A stretch of 64,000 bases of DNA from Octopus vulgaris (GCA_951406725.2 OX597840.1:26908001-26972000); one strand, 5' to 3'. Positions 14,718-29,096 are shown, counted from the first letter of the stretch. Program-made: numbers and translations. Notes: generated by a model not told the origin, from the letters alone.

Positions 14718-15079
14718 GAGTGGCTGTGTGGTAAGTAACTTGCTAACCAACCACACGGTTGCGGGTTCAGTCCCACTGCGTGGCATCTTGGGCAAGTGTC
14801 TTCTGCTATAGCCCCGGGCCGACCAATGCCTTGTGAGTGGATTTGGTAGACGGAAACTGAAAGAAGCTTGTCGTATATATGTATATATATATGTATGCGT
14901 GTGTTTGTGTGTCTGTGTTTGTCCCCCTAGCATTGCTTGACAACCGATGCTGGTGTATTTAGGTCCCCGTCACTTAGCGGTTCGGCAAAAAGAGACCGAT
15001 AGAATAAGTACTAAAAGGTGGTGCTCCAGCATGGCCGCAGTCAAATGACTGAAACAAGTAAAAGAGTAAAAGAGTAAGA

Positions 15080-15080
<1 letters not shown>
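14718..15080 (+). mobile_element. SINE family A with an internal deletion
   Basis: Head GAGTGGCTGTGTGG through to tail GTAAAAGAGTAAAAGAG; the segment after AAGTACT is missing. Confidence 0.9.
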
Positions 15081-15132
<52 letters not shown>

Positions 15133-15174
15133 ATATCATTTCGTTTTTCTTTCTCAGCTTCTTCCATAGTAATG

Positions 15175-15380
15175 TGAACTCGTGTGTACCGTTGGCGATT
15201 TTTTTTCCTCTGTCTTCCCTTCTCTGGATCTTTCCTTCTCCTATGTTTCCGACGAAGAGCTCCGCTCGAAACGTTAAACCCTCCTTCTTCCCTTCTTTCC
15301 TGAGCGTCCAATAATACTTTATTTGTTCCACGTCCTCGCGTTGTTGTCCTTTTTTTGCTTTCTTGTTTGGATTAACTTTA
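15175..15380 (+). mobile_element. Penelope-like terminal family E with a hammerhead-like motif (15245-15279)
   Basis: GTTT-CCGACGA-A-GAGC-TCC-GCTC-GAA-ACGT-T-AAAC; the repeat ends in (TA)n. Confidence 0.6.
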
Positions 15381-15382
15381 TA

Positions 15383-15502
<120 letters not shown>

Positions 15503-15554
15503 CACACATACATATATATATATACATATATGTATACATAAAACGCGAGAGAAA

Positions 15555-15596
<42 letters not shown>

Positions 15597-15739
15597 AGGA
15601 AGGAAAGGAAAGGGTGCGCATAGTGTACTGCCCATATGCAAATGATATGCCGGATATGGAAGAAAGGCGATAAATTTTAACATTTGAAAAGACCTATAAA
15701 GAAAGATCGAAAGTAAAAATTAAAATGCCAGATTGAAAC

Positions 15740-16220
15740 TGTTTTAACAAAATTAAATCCTGTTTGTAAATCTAAAATGTTTACAACAAACATCGTCCGT
15801 TTTAAGGGAATAATTTAAGTTGTGGAACGCTTAATGTGTACGAATCACGGACGCTGGATTCGATGCTGAAAGCAAGAAAAGAATATTTGTGCTTGCAATA
15901 AAACGGTTTGGGATGTTATTTCGCATTTCATATGTTCAACGTCAATCAAGCGAGAGTGTTAGAATCGAAAGAAATACAAAATAAAAACACGGAATTGTGG
16001 AGGAAGATTGCGGAAAACGAAAATGTTCTGCTTTTTACCATGAAGGTGGGGAACTAAAAACCATGCTGATACATAACTTGAAGCTTAATACGTTTAGCCT
16101 CTATAAAAAGAAAAAGAAAATAACGGGAATGCTAATATCACACCGAAAATAGTTTAGTAACGTGAATGGATGGACAGGGATTAATTTATGTGGTCTTACT
16201 GTCGACGTAAATTGATCGAA
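15740..16220 (+). pseudogene. Decayed RTE-clade LINE, C-terminal region
   Basis: Manual translation gives YESRTL (cf. YGCESWTL), KRIFVLAIKRFGMLFRISYVQRQSSESVR (cf. KRIxAFEMKCxRRMLRISYxEHxTNEEVR) and SNVNGWTG (cf. DNIKEWTG). Confidence 0.7.
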
Positions 16221-16609
16221 TTTTTCCAATTTCTCAAAGCTATCATATAATAATAGGTAGATTCTTTTTTGGCAAATAAGGAAAGTAAAAAGCAACAGTT
16301 GACATTTTAGAACTTATTGCTGAAGACTATAATGAAGATAAGGCGATGGCCAATTGCCAGAGCGGTTGGAGAATTGGATAGATAGCTTTGCAGTTAATGA
16401 TACAGACTCTCTGATTTTACTCTCTTTTTGAGTTCAAATCCCGCTGAAGTCGGCGTTGTGTTTCGTCCTTTCGGGGTCGATAAAACAATACCAACCATAA
16501 AGGGAAGTCGATTCTTCGTTATTATTTTTTACTTGTTTCAGTCATTTGACTGCGGCCATGCTGGAGCAACGCCTTTAGTCGAGGAAATATGTTGATCAGA
16601 CCTCGTATA

Positions 16610-16991
16610 TGTGTGTGTGTGTCTTTTTGTGTATGTGTATGTGTGTGTATGTATGTATGTATGTATGTATGTATGTATGTGTGAGTGTGTGTGTGTATGT
16701 ATGTATGTATGTAAGTATATATGTATGTATGTATGTATGTATGCATGTATGTATGTAAGTATGTAAGTATGTATGTATGTATTATGTATGTATGTATGTA
16801 TGTATGTGTGTATGTATTATGTATGTAAGTATGTATGTATGTATGTATGTATGTATGTTTGTATGTATGTATGTATGTATGTATGCATGTATGTATGTAT
16901 GTATGTATGTATGTAAGTATGTATGTATGTATTATGTATGTATGTATGTATGTGTGTATGTATTATGTATGTAAGTATGTATGTATGTATG

Positions 16992-17022
<31 letters not shown>

Positions 17023-17190
17023 GTATGTATGTATGTATGTATTATGTATGTATGTATGTATGTATGTATGTATGTGTGAGTGTGTATGTATGTATGTATG
17101 TATGTGTGTATGTATGTATGTATGTGTGTGTGTATGTATGCATGTATGTGTGTGTGTATATATGTATGTATGTATGTATGTCTGTGTCTG
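16610..17190. repeat. (TATG)n microsatellite with higher-order structure
   Basis: Read directly from the sequence. Confidence 0.9.
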
Positions 17191-17299
17191 TGACTGTACC
17201 TCCCCATAATCTTGACAATTGGTATTGCTTTGTTTACGTCCCTGTAATTCATAAAGGGATTTAGTGAATATCAAACTTAAAAACATGAAAAGAAAAATA

Positions 17300-17347
<48 letters not shown>

Positions 17348-17661
17348 TTCTGTAAACGAAAGTTCTCTTCGTATATTATTTTTTTTAATACCCTAACATT
17401 GAATGGGATGTTTACGAGATGTAAAGAAAATATGTTTACTTACAAATTAATTTATAGTTTCAACTCTACCGATGTAATTATAATTAATTCAATAATTTAC
17501 TATACAATGTAGAAACGTAATTATATTTTTCATAATTATTGATAGGAATTTTGTATAATTAGATATAATAATAAAACTAAAGCACTACATTTTCAGTCAA
17601 AATACTCATCCGAGTTTTATGGAAACGGAAAAGTATTTGTTGTTTTAATAGCAACAACAGC

Positions 17662-17707
<46 letters not shown>

Positions 17708-17879
17708 TAAAAAAAAAAAAATAATAATAATAATAATAATAACCATAATAACAATAACAATAATAATAATAATAACAATAATAATAATAATAACTAATAA
17801 TAATAATAATAATAATAATAATAGCAACAACAGCAATGATGATAATAATAACAACAACAATAATAATAATAATAATAAC

Positions 17880-17914
<35 letters not shown>

Positions 17915-17952
17915 TAATAATAATAATAACAAGAAGAAGAAGAAGAAGAATC

Positions 17953-17997
<45 letters not shown>

Positions 17998-18024
17998 GCA
18001 ACAACAGCAATGATGATAATAATA

Positions 18025-18221
18025 AAAAAAGTCATCATCGAAAATGATAATGCAAAGTTCCTGAGATTTTATGATTCAGTGCGACCATGAGGTTGAGAAT
18101 AGGAAACCAGACATAGTCTTAATTGAAAAAGAAAAAAAAAATTTGTTGGATCATAGATATAGCATGCCCAGCTGAAAACAAGGTATACGATAAGGACGAA
18201 AGAAAAGTCGATAGATACGAC
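18025..18221 (+). pseudogene. R4/Dong-clade non-LTR element, restriction-like endonuclease fragment
   Basis: KVIIENDNAKFL / DFMIQCDHEVENRKPDIVLIEK / ICWIIDIACPAENKVYDKDERKVDRYD (PD..D..K..Y RLE motif, frameshifted). Preceded by (TAA)n. Confidence 0.85.
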
Positions 18222-18545
18222 TTTACCTTTGTCTTTCCAGAATGCCAGCTTCACCTCGTGCAACCTTTTCTTAAAATCAACCAAACATTCTGTCCCTGCT
18301 CGTACCTTCTCATCAATGTTGCCTTCAGCATCCTCGTGTGACACGACTATAAATTATCAGGCAACAAAATGCACTCAGATCTTACACAAAACCCCCACAC
18401 CAGTCAACCATTTTCCACCATCGTTATGGAAGAAGTACACTCTCGCTACATTAGCATGTGCATGAAAGCACCAATTCATGGTCACTCTCCTTGTTCTTCG
18501 ATCTAAGTTGGTCAAGTCCACCTTCATCCATTCCACAATGCCTGG
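18222..18545 (-). pseudogene. R4/Dong-clade element, RT thumb/linker fragment
   Basis: Minus translation GIVEWMKVDLTNLDRRTRR..MNWCFHAHANVARVYFFHNDGGKWL resembles GIVEWT..EL..LDRRTRK..M...HP...V.RLY..R..GGRGL. Confidence 0.75.
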
Positions 18546-18759
18546 GGTCGTTCTCTTCGACTAAAGGCGGTGCTCCAGCATGGCCGCAGTCAAATTAATG
18601 AAACAAGTAAAACAGTGAAAGGTCGAGCAACTGACAAGTAAATCTGTGTTATTGAGCAGAGTATTTGCTGTAGCCCATCTTTTATACCAAGACAAAACAT
18701 TCAGTTAAAATCAGAAGCCATGAGAGCCACTGCCTGGCACTGCATCCGGGCATTTATCA

Positions 18760-18790
<31 letters not shown>

Positions 18791-18807
18791 TATTATTATT
18801 ATTATTA

Positions 18808-18863
<56 letters not shown>

Positions 18864-18897
18864 TATTATTATTATTATTATCATTATTATTATTATT

Positions 18898-18947
<50 letters not shown>

Positions 18948-18965
18948 TATCATCATCATCATTAC

Positions 18966-19010
<45 letters not shown>

Positions 19011-19229
19011 CATTATAACGATTACTACTATTACTATCATCATCATCATCATCATCATCACAATCTTCATCACCATTATTAATATTATTACGCCCATTAC
19101 CGTTATGTTTCCTTTGATATTGTCCTCAGGGTCTTGTGCCCTTCTGGCAAATAAAAGAAATCAGCATCCTTGCCGCCGCCGTCGTCCTTCTCCTCCTCCT
19201 CCTCCTCCTCCTCCTCCTCCTCCTCCTCC

Positions 19230-19260
<31 letters not shown>

Positions 19261-19575
19261 TATCGTTGTTGCCTTTTGCAGTTCAGTATTGTATTTTTCT
19301 GTTGTATAGTTTTTTTCTTTATATTGAAAATATTTTTTTGATTTCTATTTCCAAAGACATAAATTCTTTTGTGTACCATCTGGACAGTTACAGAACAGAA
19401 CAAATCGAGGAAATAAATTACGAGCTACACAACCAACACACACACACACACACATATCTAATATATAAATATATATATATATATATACATACAGTCAGAC
19501 ATATATATATATATATATATGCATACACTCATACATATATATCATATGCATAGCTATACACATACACACACACAT

Positions 19576-19628
<53 letters not shown>

Positions 19629-19747
19629 TATATGCACATACAAACAAATATATAAATACACACATATCAATTTAAAAGAATAAAAGAATATGCATATATA
19701 TAAATGTATATAGCCATACATAGATATACATACATATACATACAGAT

Positions 19748-19797
<50 letters not shown>

Positions 19798-19802
19798 CTA
19801 AA

Positions 19803-19838
<36 letters not shown>

Positions 19839-19871
19839 TGTATGTATGTATGTATGTATGTATTTATATTA

Positions 19872-19939
<68 letters not shown>

Positions 19940-20144
19940 CATTGACATATATCACACGTAGATACAGACAATTCGTCTTTCTCGGTGCTTTCTACGTTCA
20001 TAAAATCAGAAGCAACAAAAGTGATCAAAGAGTTACGACTAGAAACTAACGCAGTTTACTGTTAAAATATGTGAAAAAAAGCAGTTATGAAGCCTAAAGC
20101 GTTATGTGTTTTACATATGTTATGATGGCCATATCTGCCGTCAG

Positions 20145-21070
<926 letters not shown>

Positions 21071-21669
21071 CGAGAGAGAAAGAAATACTATCCATAATCT
21101 AATATTGACAGGGGTTAATTTTTTTAAGGCTACATCCTTATGGCGTTTCGTTGCTTTCAATCTCGTATATTATTGAAACAAGAATCTCCCATGGTTTGAT
21201 AAATTGCGGTGGATGTTCGGGCAGAACTATGCTTTCACTCAACCATCCAATGGACGAGCTTTTAGTCCACGGATGTGTGAAAATGCGGCGAGTTTCTTTA
21301 TAGCAAATATGAAACAGCTTGTTTGCGCAAATACAGAAGGAGGAAGCGATACAATGAGACGAGAAGGGAACGGATCAGAGATTTCGATTGGGGCGTGGTG
21401 GAGGGTGTAATTGAAACGGAGGGTGAAATGGAAGATTGAAGTATAATAACGTGCGTAGGTAGGGATGCACGTTGGTGCCAAAGTTCTGAAAATAATGGTC
21501 ATACATGCATACATGTATACATACATACATACATATATACATACATACATACATGCATATCATTCACATATGTAATACATTGATACATACATATATATCT
21601 ATCTATATATATATATATATGTGTGTGTGTGTTTATATATATGCATATATACATATCTATCTATCTGTG

Positions 21670-21725
<56 letters not shown>

Positions 21726-21824
21726 ATCTCACACATATATACTCATATATTTAATACATTACTATATGTATGTGTCAGCATTTGTTTGTGTGTGTATAAA
21801 TACGCACACACATACATACACACA

Positions 21825-21936
<112 letters not shown>

Positions 21937-23174
21937 CAGGCACACACACACATATACAGTTTTATATATTACAAAATCCATCCATATGTTGATTTGAAAA
22001 TATTCGTGTTCTTATAAAATCATTCTTCATCTCAATTTATGTTCTAGTAACTACACACACACACTCATAGACACTCACGCACACACAAACACACACACAC
22101 ACACAATCACGTCCACACACAAATTCGTTTCCAAGCAAGCATTTATTAAAAAAGGAAACAGTAGTCCTCCTCTGGGAATACACACAGAAACATAAACATA
22201 TTTATGGTTGGTTGAAATTAGGAGGGGAATAGCAGAGGAGAATTTAAGCCCGGAGGAGTGGATGTTCAGAGAGCGAAGATAATTCATTGTATCTTGTGTT
22301 TCCTTGAGCGTGGTGACCTGCTGAGTGTAAAAATACTGGATTTCTGGATGTGGTTAATGGAGTAGAAAATACATGAATATTATGAGCACGTTAACAGATG
22401 TAGGATGTTTTCTTATAATTAGCTAAATGGATTTGATCACGTGATTATTACTTTCGAAAATCATTAAATGTGTTTTTCATTTCCATCTTATTGCATTAAT
22501 TCCCTGAATTCTATAATTTTTGAGATTTGTGAAATTCCTATTGAAACAATTTTTTTTTAATTAAGGTTTAGTAATTACTTTAATTAATTATCAGTGTGGT
22601 GGAGCTACAGAAACTGTAGAACGGCTCACAAAATATTTTCCTTGTATTCTGGTTTCAAATCTTGCTTGCGTCAATTCCTTCTTAAAATCAGAGATAGATT
22701 TAAGTGGTCGTTCGTTTAATACCATCATCTCTAAATTTTTCGCGAAGTTCCTTTCCAATCATCCGGGTTGAGGATAACTTAGAAGAGATACCTTTTACTT
22801 GTTTCAGTCATTAGATTGCGGTCATGCTGGGGCAGCACCTTGAAGAATTTTTAGTCGAACGTATCGATCCCAATCCTTAATTATTATTTATAAGCCTCTA
22901 ATCGACTGGTCCCTCCCCAAACATTTCGGGATTTGTGCATACAGTAGAAAAGAATATTTCTACTTTACACTACGAGGTTGTTTATTAAATACGGCAGACA
23001 TTTACTTCCATCTCGAGTCTCTTATATTGTATATCTTTTGTTGATATCAGTCACTGTATCGCGGTCTCCCTGGGGCACGGCCTTGGTGGTTGATAGGGAA
23101 CTACGATCATAAAGACACCCAGAGATACACACACACACACACGCACACACATACATATACATATATATATATAT

Positions 23175-23567
23175 ATTTACTTTTTACTTGTTTCAGTCAT
23201 TTGACTGCGGCCATGCTGGAGCACCACCTTTAGTCGAGCAAATCGACTCTGGAACTTATTCTTTGTAAGCCCAGTACTTATTCTATCGGTCTCTTTTGCC
23301 GAACCGCTAAGTGACGGGGCCGTAAACACACCAGCATCGGTTGTCAAACAATGCTAGGGACACACACACAGACACACAAGCACACACACGCATACATATA
23401 TATACATATACGACGGGCTTCTTTCAGTTTCCGTCTACCAAATCCACTCACAAGGCTTTGGTCGGCCCGAGGCTATAGTAGAAGACACGTGCCCAAGGTG
23501 CCACGCAGTGGGACTGAACCCGGAACCATGTGGTTGGTAAACAAGCTACTTACCACACAGCCACTCC
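23175..23567 (-). mobile_element. SINE family A, complete
   Basis: Full match to family A. Confidence 0.9.
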
Positions 23568-23574
23568 TATATAA

Positions 23575-23683
23575 AACTTATAAAAAAGGGCTAAAGAAAA
23601 TTATTTCAATGTCAATATGCTGATACCAGACTTTTAAATCGCCTGGCATTGAAATAATTTTCTTTAGCCCTTTTTTATAAGTT
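23575..23683. repeat. 37-bp perfect inverted repeat
   Basis: AACTTATAAAAAAGGGCTAAAGAAAATTATTTCAATG at 23575-23611 and its reverse complement at 23647-23683. Confidence 0.85.
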
Positions 23684-23775
23684 GTTTATAATTTTAACCT
23701 TTAAAGGTATTTTAATATGCTGCCACATTTTTTGATGGAATTTGTTTTTCTGTAAAAAAACTTCATCCTATATTA

Positions 23776-23845
<70 letters not shown>

Positions 23846-23848
23846 ATG

Positions 23849-23882
<34 letters not shown>

Positions 23883-23920
23883 AAAAAGGAGATGTGGAAC
23901 ACGAGTTGTGCTATATAAAA

Positions 23921-24752
23921 AAAGGAAATGAAGAAAATGCTGACAAAATAATTTAAGTAAGGGAGAGTGTATTTAATTAGGTGAAAGTTCTTTTTACCGG
24001 TTGCGCATTTGTTATGCTTATCAAAAGATATTTTTTTAAGAGAGATAGAGTTCCTTTCTGATAGATTTTTTCTCTTATCTGAATTTATGTTGGGTTTGCT
24101 GTCTCTTATATGTGAAAAAAGAGGCTCCAGAGTTGTTTTGGATTTGCTTGGTTTCGCGCCTAAAATTTCTTGTGGACAATGGTCAATACAATTTTGATTG
24201 GTCGTTATAAAGGGGTCACGTGAATGTTTGAATGGAAGTTGGTGTTGGGGTTAGAAAATAGGCTCCAGAGATGTTAAAATTTGGCTAGTGTCGCGCCTAA
24301 AATTTCTTCTTGGTCATAATAAAGAGGTCACGTGGATGTGGTCATAATGACCTCTTTATTATGACCAAGAAGAATTTTTAGGCGCGACACTAGCCAAATT
24401 TTAACATCTCTGGAGCCTATTTTCTTACCCCAACACCAACTTCCATTCAAACATTCACGTGACCCCTTTATAACGACCAATCAAAATTGTATTGACCATT
24501 GTCCACAAGAAATTTTAGGCGCGAAACCAAGCAAATCTTAAACAACTCTGGAGCCTCTTTTTTCACATATAAGAGACAGCAAACCCAACATAAAGTCAGA
24601 TAAGAGAAAAAAATCTATCAGAAAGGAACTCTATCTCTCTTTAAAAATATCTTTTTATAAGCATAACAAATGCGCAACCGGTAAAAAGAACTTTCACCTA
24701 AATAAATACACTCTCCCTTAAATTATTTTGTCAGCATTTTCTTCATTTCCTT

Positions 24753-24753
<1 letters not shown>
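23921..24753. repeat. ~830-bp near-perfect palindrome between (TA)n tracts
   Basis: Arms 23921-24330 and 24348-24753, 17-bp spacer, few mismatches. Confidence 0.95.
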
Positions 24754-24815
<62 letters not shown>

Positions 24816-24818
<3 letters not shown>

Positions 24819-25001
24819 TGCAGGAGTGGCTGTGTGGTAAGTAGCTTGTTTACCAACCACACGGTTCCGGGTTCAGTCCCACTGCGTGGCACCTTGGGCA
24901 AGTGTCTTCTACTATAGCCTCGGACCGACCAAAGCCTTGTGAGTGGATTTGGTAGACGGAAACTGAAAGAAGCCCGTTGTATATATGTATATATATATGT
25001 G

Positions 25002-25039
<38 letters not shown>

Positions 25040-25240
25040 CGTGTATGTTTGTATGTCTGTGTTTGTCCCCCAACCGATGCTGGTGTGTTTATGTCCCCGT
25101 CACTTAGCGGTTCGGCAAAAGAGACCGATAGAATAAGTACTGGGCTTACAAAGAATAAGTCTCGGGGTCGAGTTGCTCGATTAAAGGTGGTGCTCCAGCA
25201 TGGCCGCAGTCAAATGACTGAAACAAGTAAAAGAGAGTAA
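24816..25240 (+). mobile_element. SINE family A
   Basis: Head-to-tail match to family A. Confidence 0.9.
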
Positions 25241-25782
25241 TATATATATATATATGCATATGCACGACGACCTTCTATCAAATCCGTTCACAAGGCTTTG
25301 ATCGATCGAGAGTAATATTAGAAGACGCTTGGCCAAGTCGCCATGCAACGGAAGCGAACCCGGAACTACGTGGTAGGGAACCAAACTTCTTACCACGCAG
25401 CCAGGCCTGCATCACACCTTCTGCCTTCATTTAATTTACCAATGCTATGACGGCCAAAATATTTGCGTAGAGTCCATTGTAACATTTAGTATGTAGCTTA
25501 TTCTAACAATATCAAAAATTCTCCTGTCACATTAATCTAATAATATGACAACGTTCCTGACAGTTGAGTCAGCTAAATTATTCAAATCTTTGCTTTGCGT
25601 CAAAGTGACAATTTTGGAACAGAATTTTGTACACTGAATTCTGCTACATAATAAAATAGGTTAATTATGCTTCACAATAAAATGGTGCTGTAGTAACCAC
25701 ACTGCAGTCTACCGGAAGCAGATTAGATGAAGATAATCTACAGGGAACCCTAACCTCACTAGTAGCAGTCATACATCTAATT

Positions 25783-26360
25783 CAGGGGTCCTCAACTATT
25801 TTTAACCTACGAACCCCTTTGATTACGATTTTGTATGTGTGGACCCCTTACATACTTGCTTGTATTTGTGACGGTATTCACCCATGGCGGGTTGAGCCGG
25901 CTTCTTCTCTGGTCCTAGCGGCATCATAAACCATGGCGGCCCACGCTCAATGGTCCTGTGCGAGGTCACTGGAGATAGCGAGCCATTTGCGGTTCTATCT
26001 GCACAGACCGACCACCTGCGGACCTGAGAGTTCGGAGATGTCCTCATTTATCGTCGTTGCCCAGGTTTTCAGCTGCCCGCCCTTGCGTTTGCGCCAACTG
26101 GGAAGTGGAGGTGGGATGAGGACATCGCGAATAGCTATTCAACATTTAAACAAATCCTATTGTATTTTTTTAATTAAATATTATCAGGAATTAGATCAAA
26201 ACCGTTAAAATAGTTTGTGTATAGTGGACGTATAACGAATGGATTACACATAAATTTTACTGGTCTGGCGCACAGCCTTTTTCCTGGCCCCTGAAAAATT
26301 ACCGTGGCCCCTCAATTTACTATATTGTATCCGTGGACTCCATGGATATATGGACACCAG
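25783..26360. mobile_element. hAT-like MITE remnant interrupted by an RTE insertion
   Basis: Starts CAGGGGTCCTCAAC (Charlie-type terminus) and has repeated GGACCCC-like subterminal motifs. The right end is replaced by SINE A sequence. Confidence 0.55.
25848..26130 (-). pseudogene. 5'-truncated RTE-clade LINE, 3' end
   Basis: RDVLIPPPLPSWRKRKGGQLKTWATTINEDISELSGPQVVGLCR*NRKWLAISSDLAQDH*AWAAMV...AGSTRHG*, then a (CAAGTA)-like tail. Confidence 0.85.
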
Positions 26361-26464
26361 CATCAGTTGTCAAGCGATGATGAGGGGACAGACAGAGACA
26401 CCAAGACACACTCACATAAATAAACACACACACTCACACACACACACAGACACACACATATATT

Positions 26465-26706
26465 CTTTCATTCTTATACTTGTTTCAGTCATTTGTCTGC
26501 GGCCATGCTGGAGCACCGCTTTTAGTCGACCAAATCGACCCCAGGACTTATTCTTTGTAAGCCTAGTACTTATACTATCGGGATCTTTTGCCTAATCATT
26601 AAGTTATGGGGACGTAAACACACCAGTACCGGTTGTCAAGCGATGTTGAGGGGACAAACACACACACACTAAAAAACATATACACACATATACATATATA
26701 CATACA

Positions 26707-26745
<39 letters not shown>

Positions 26746-26907
26746 GACGGGCTTCTTTCAGTTACCGTCTACCAAATCCACTCACAAGTTTTTGGTCGGC
26801 CAGAAGTTATAGTAGAAGACACTTGCCCAAGTTGCCACGCAGTGGGACTGAACCCGGAACCATGTGGTTGGGAAACAAGGTACTTACCACACAGCCACTC
26901 CTGCGCC
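26465..26907 (-). mobile_element. SINE family A, complete
   Basis: Match to family A; further partial copies at 25262-25411 and 27125-27260. Confidence 0.85.
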
Positions 26908-27094
26908 TATACACATATATACATACACATACCGCATATATATATTTATATATATATATATATCTTGAGATATCTTCCTGGGGCTACAAACTACAGTAGC
27001 ATCCATCCTTATGGGTTAGCCATATTCAAATGGCAAATATGCAACACGATGTGTTACCGCTACTGTTTATAACTCGCTCTGAGATTTATCATTG

Positions 27095-27128
<34 letters not shown>

Positions 27129-27675
27129 GATGGGCTTCTTTCAGTTTCCATCTACCAAATCTACTCACAAGGCATTGGTCGGCCCGAGGATATAGTAGAA
27201 GACACTTGCCCAAGGTGCCACGCAGTGGGACTGAACCCAGGACCATGTGATCAGGAAGCATCTCCAACGCATTAATTCCTAAGGTTACACTTAACATAAA
27301 CTAGTAGATCAACAATAACAGGGAAGCCTCTATTTTTGAATTTCTCTAGTAATTCTTTATTTGTTTCTTCACCGAAATTAGACCGTCGTTATGGTAATGG
27401 TTTCCTGATAGTTATGATTAGAATAAATATAAAATTGGTCCAATATGGCAGCCGTATCGATTTTTCAGGTTTTGGTCATAAAACATTAATAGAAATTCTA
27501 TTTCCTTAACAAACTTATAAAGTTAGTATTTCCGAAATAAATTCCCATAAATTTCTGTATATTCTATATGTTTTTGTATATAAATTCTAAATAATAAATG
27601 AATTTATGAAGATGCTATTTGCGAAATATATTTGTATAAATTTCAGACGTCAAATAAATAAATAAATTACAGCAC

Positions 27676-27732
<57 letters not shown>

Positions 27733-28137
27733 GTTATTGTTATTTGTCAAAATAAATCTATATTGATGACATTCTTTGAAATCAGGAAATCAAAGAGATA
27801 TAACAGAAGTTACCAAAATTCCATTTTGGAAATAACAAACATTTCGCAGCTTTTCTGTTGCTAATTCGATATTTTCCTGAATTTCTGTTAATTAATTTTA
27901 TCGGAGTTTTACTCCCTATGATTTGTGTTTTGATTACAAACGTCAAGAGGGAGATTTTACCTACTAATTACGTAGATAGGCTCAGCTAATCGATGTCATT
28001 CCATATGCTGAATATATGAGTATTTGCCGTATTTCTGTTTATTGTGCAGAGCGCTCGCTTTTGTTGTCTCTTCCTTACACGCGTACACGTTCGCATAAAT
28101 GCATTTACGCACAGAAAAGATTGTACAAATATGTATA

Positions 28138-28175
<38 letters not shown>

Positions 28176-28179
<4 letters not shown>

Positions 28180-28441
28180 TAATCCAAACAAGAAAACAAA
28201 AAAGACAACAACGCAAAGAGGTGGAACAATTAAAGTATTATTATTAGGCGCTCAGGAGAAAAGAGAAGAAGGAGGGCATGACGTTTCGAGCGGAGCTCTT
28301 CGTCGGAAACATAAGAGAAAGAAAGATCCCGAGGTGCGAGGACAGAGGGAAAAAAAACGCAGGTGGTCTTCACGAGGTAAACATACTGAAAGGCGGAAGT
28401 CGTAGACGAGAGGGGACAGGTTTTCAAAGACAGGAGGGCGG

Positions 28442-28445
<4 letters not shown>
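28176..28445 (-). mobile_element. Penelope-like terminal family E with a hammerhead-like motif (28276-28310)
   Basis: Minus strand GTTT-CCGACGA-A-GAGCTCCGCTC-GAAACGTC; (TA)n on both sides. Confidence 0.6.
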
Positions 28446-28476
<31 letters not shown>

Positions 28477-28511
28477 AATCAAAAATAAGCAACAAGAATG
28501 GCTCCGGTAAT

Positions 28512-28597
28512 TTGGTACAATTGTTTCGCACTACAACATTTTATTAAATGTTGTAAGAATTACAGCAGATTTAAGATGCTGAGGGCTCTTCAGCCAA
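28512..28597 (-). ncRNA. Type I hammerhead ribozyme with branched stem II
   Basis: Minus strand TTGG-CTGAAGA-GC-[two hairpins]-GC-GAA-ACAATTGT-A-CCAA: intact core, GUA triplet, palindromic stem III. Confidence 0.75.
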
Positions 28598-28855
28598 TCA
28601 TATAGGTTTTCCAATAATATAAAACCTTTCAAATCAAGTAGTAACATTTTAGAGAAGGTAGATATACAGACAAAGATGTAGATTTAAATTTTAAGAGTTT
28701 AAATTTTAAATTAAACTATGGTTGTATCAGTCAGATACAACCATAGTTTTGGTCAGTTAGCGACTGAACTTCAGAACCTCATATGTTCTTAAAATTTAAA
28801 TCTACATCTTTAATTAATTAAGTACCATATTCATTTGAATCTAAATTATTGCTGA

Positions 28856-28917
<62 letters not shown>

Positions 28918-29096
28918 TGAGTTGGGTACAGAAATTCAGGGTGAGTACTTGATAATTGTAAGCACCTGTATATACCGTTTGGTTGTGTAGGTGGTGGAGT
29001 AAATTAATCAAAATAAAAACATGATTGTTATAAATCCGTCTAATAAAGGCCCGAAACATATGTACCGCTGAATCCTTGGCATCATGTTTTTATTTT

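Noticed and set aside
21204-21500. Short ORFs in a unique island (also 32166-32396 and 56390-56470)
   Set aside because: No similarity I can recognise and no consistent exon structure.
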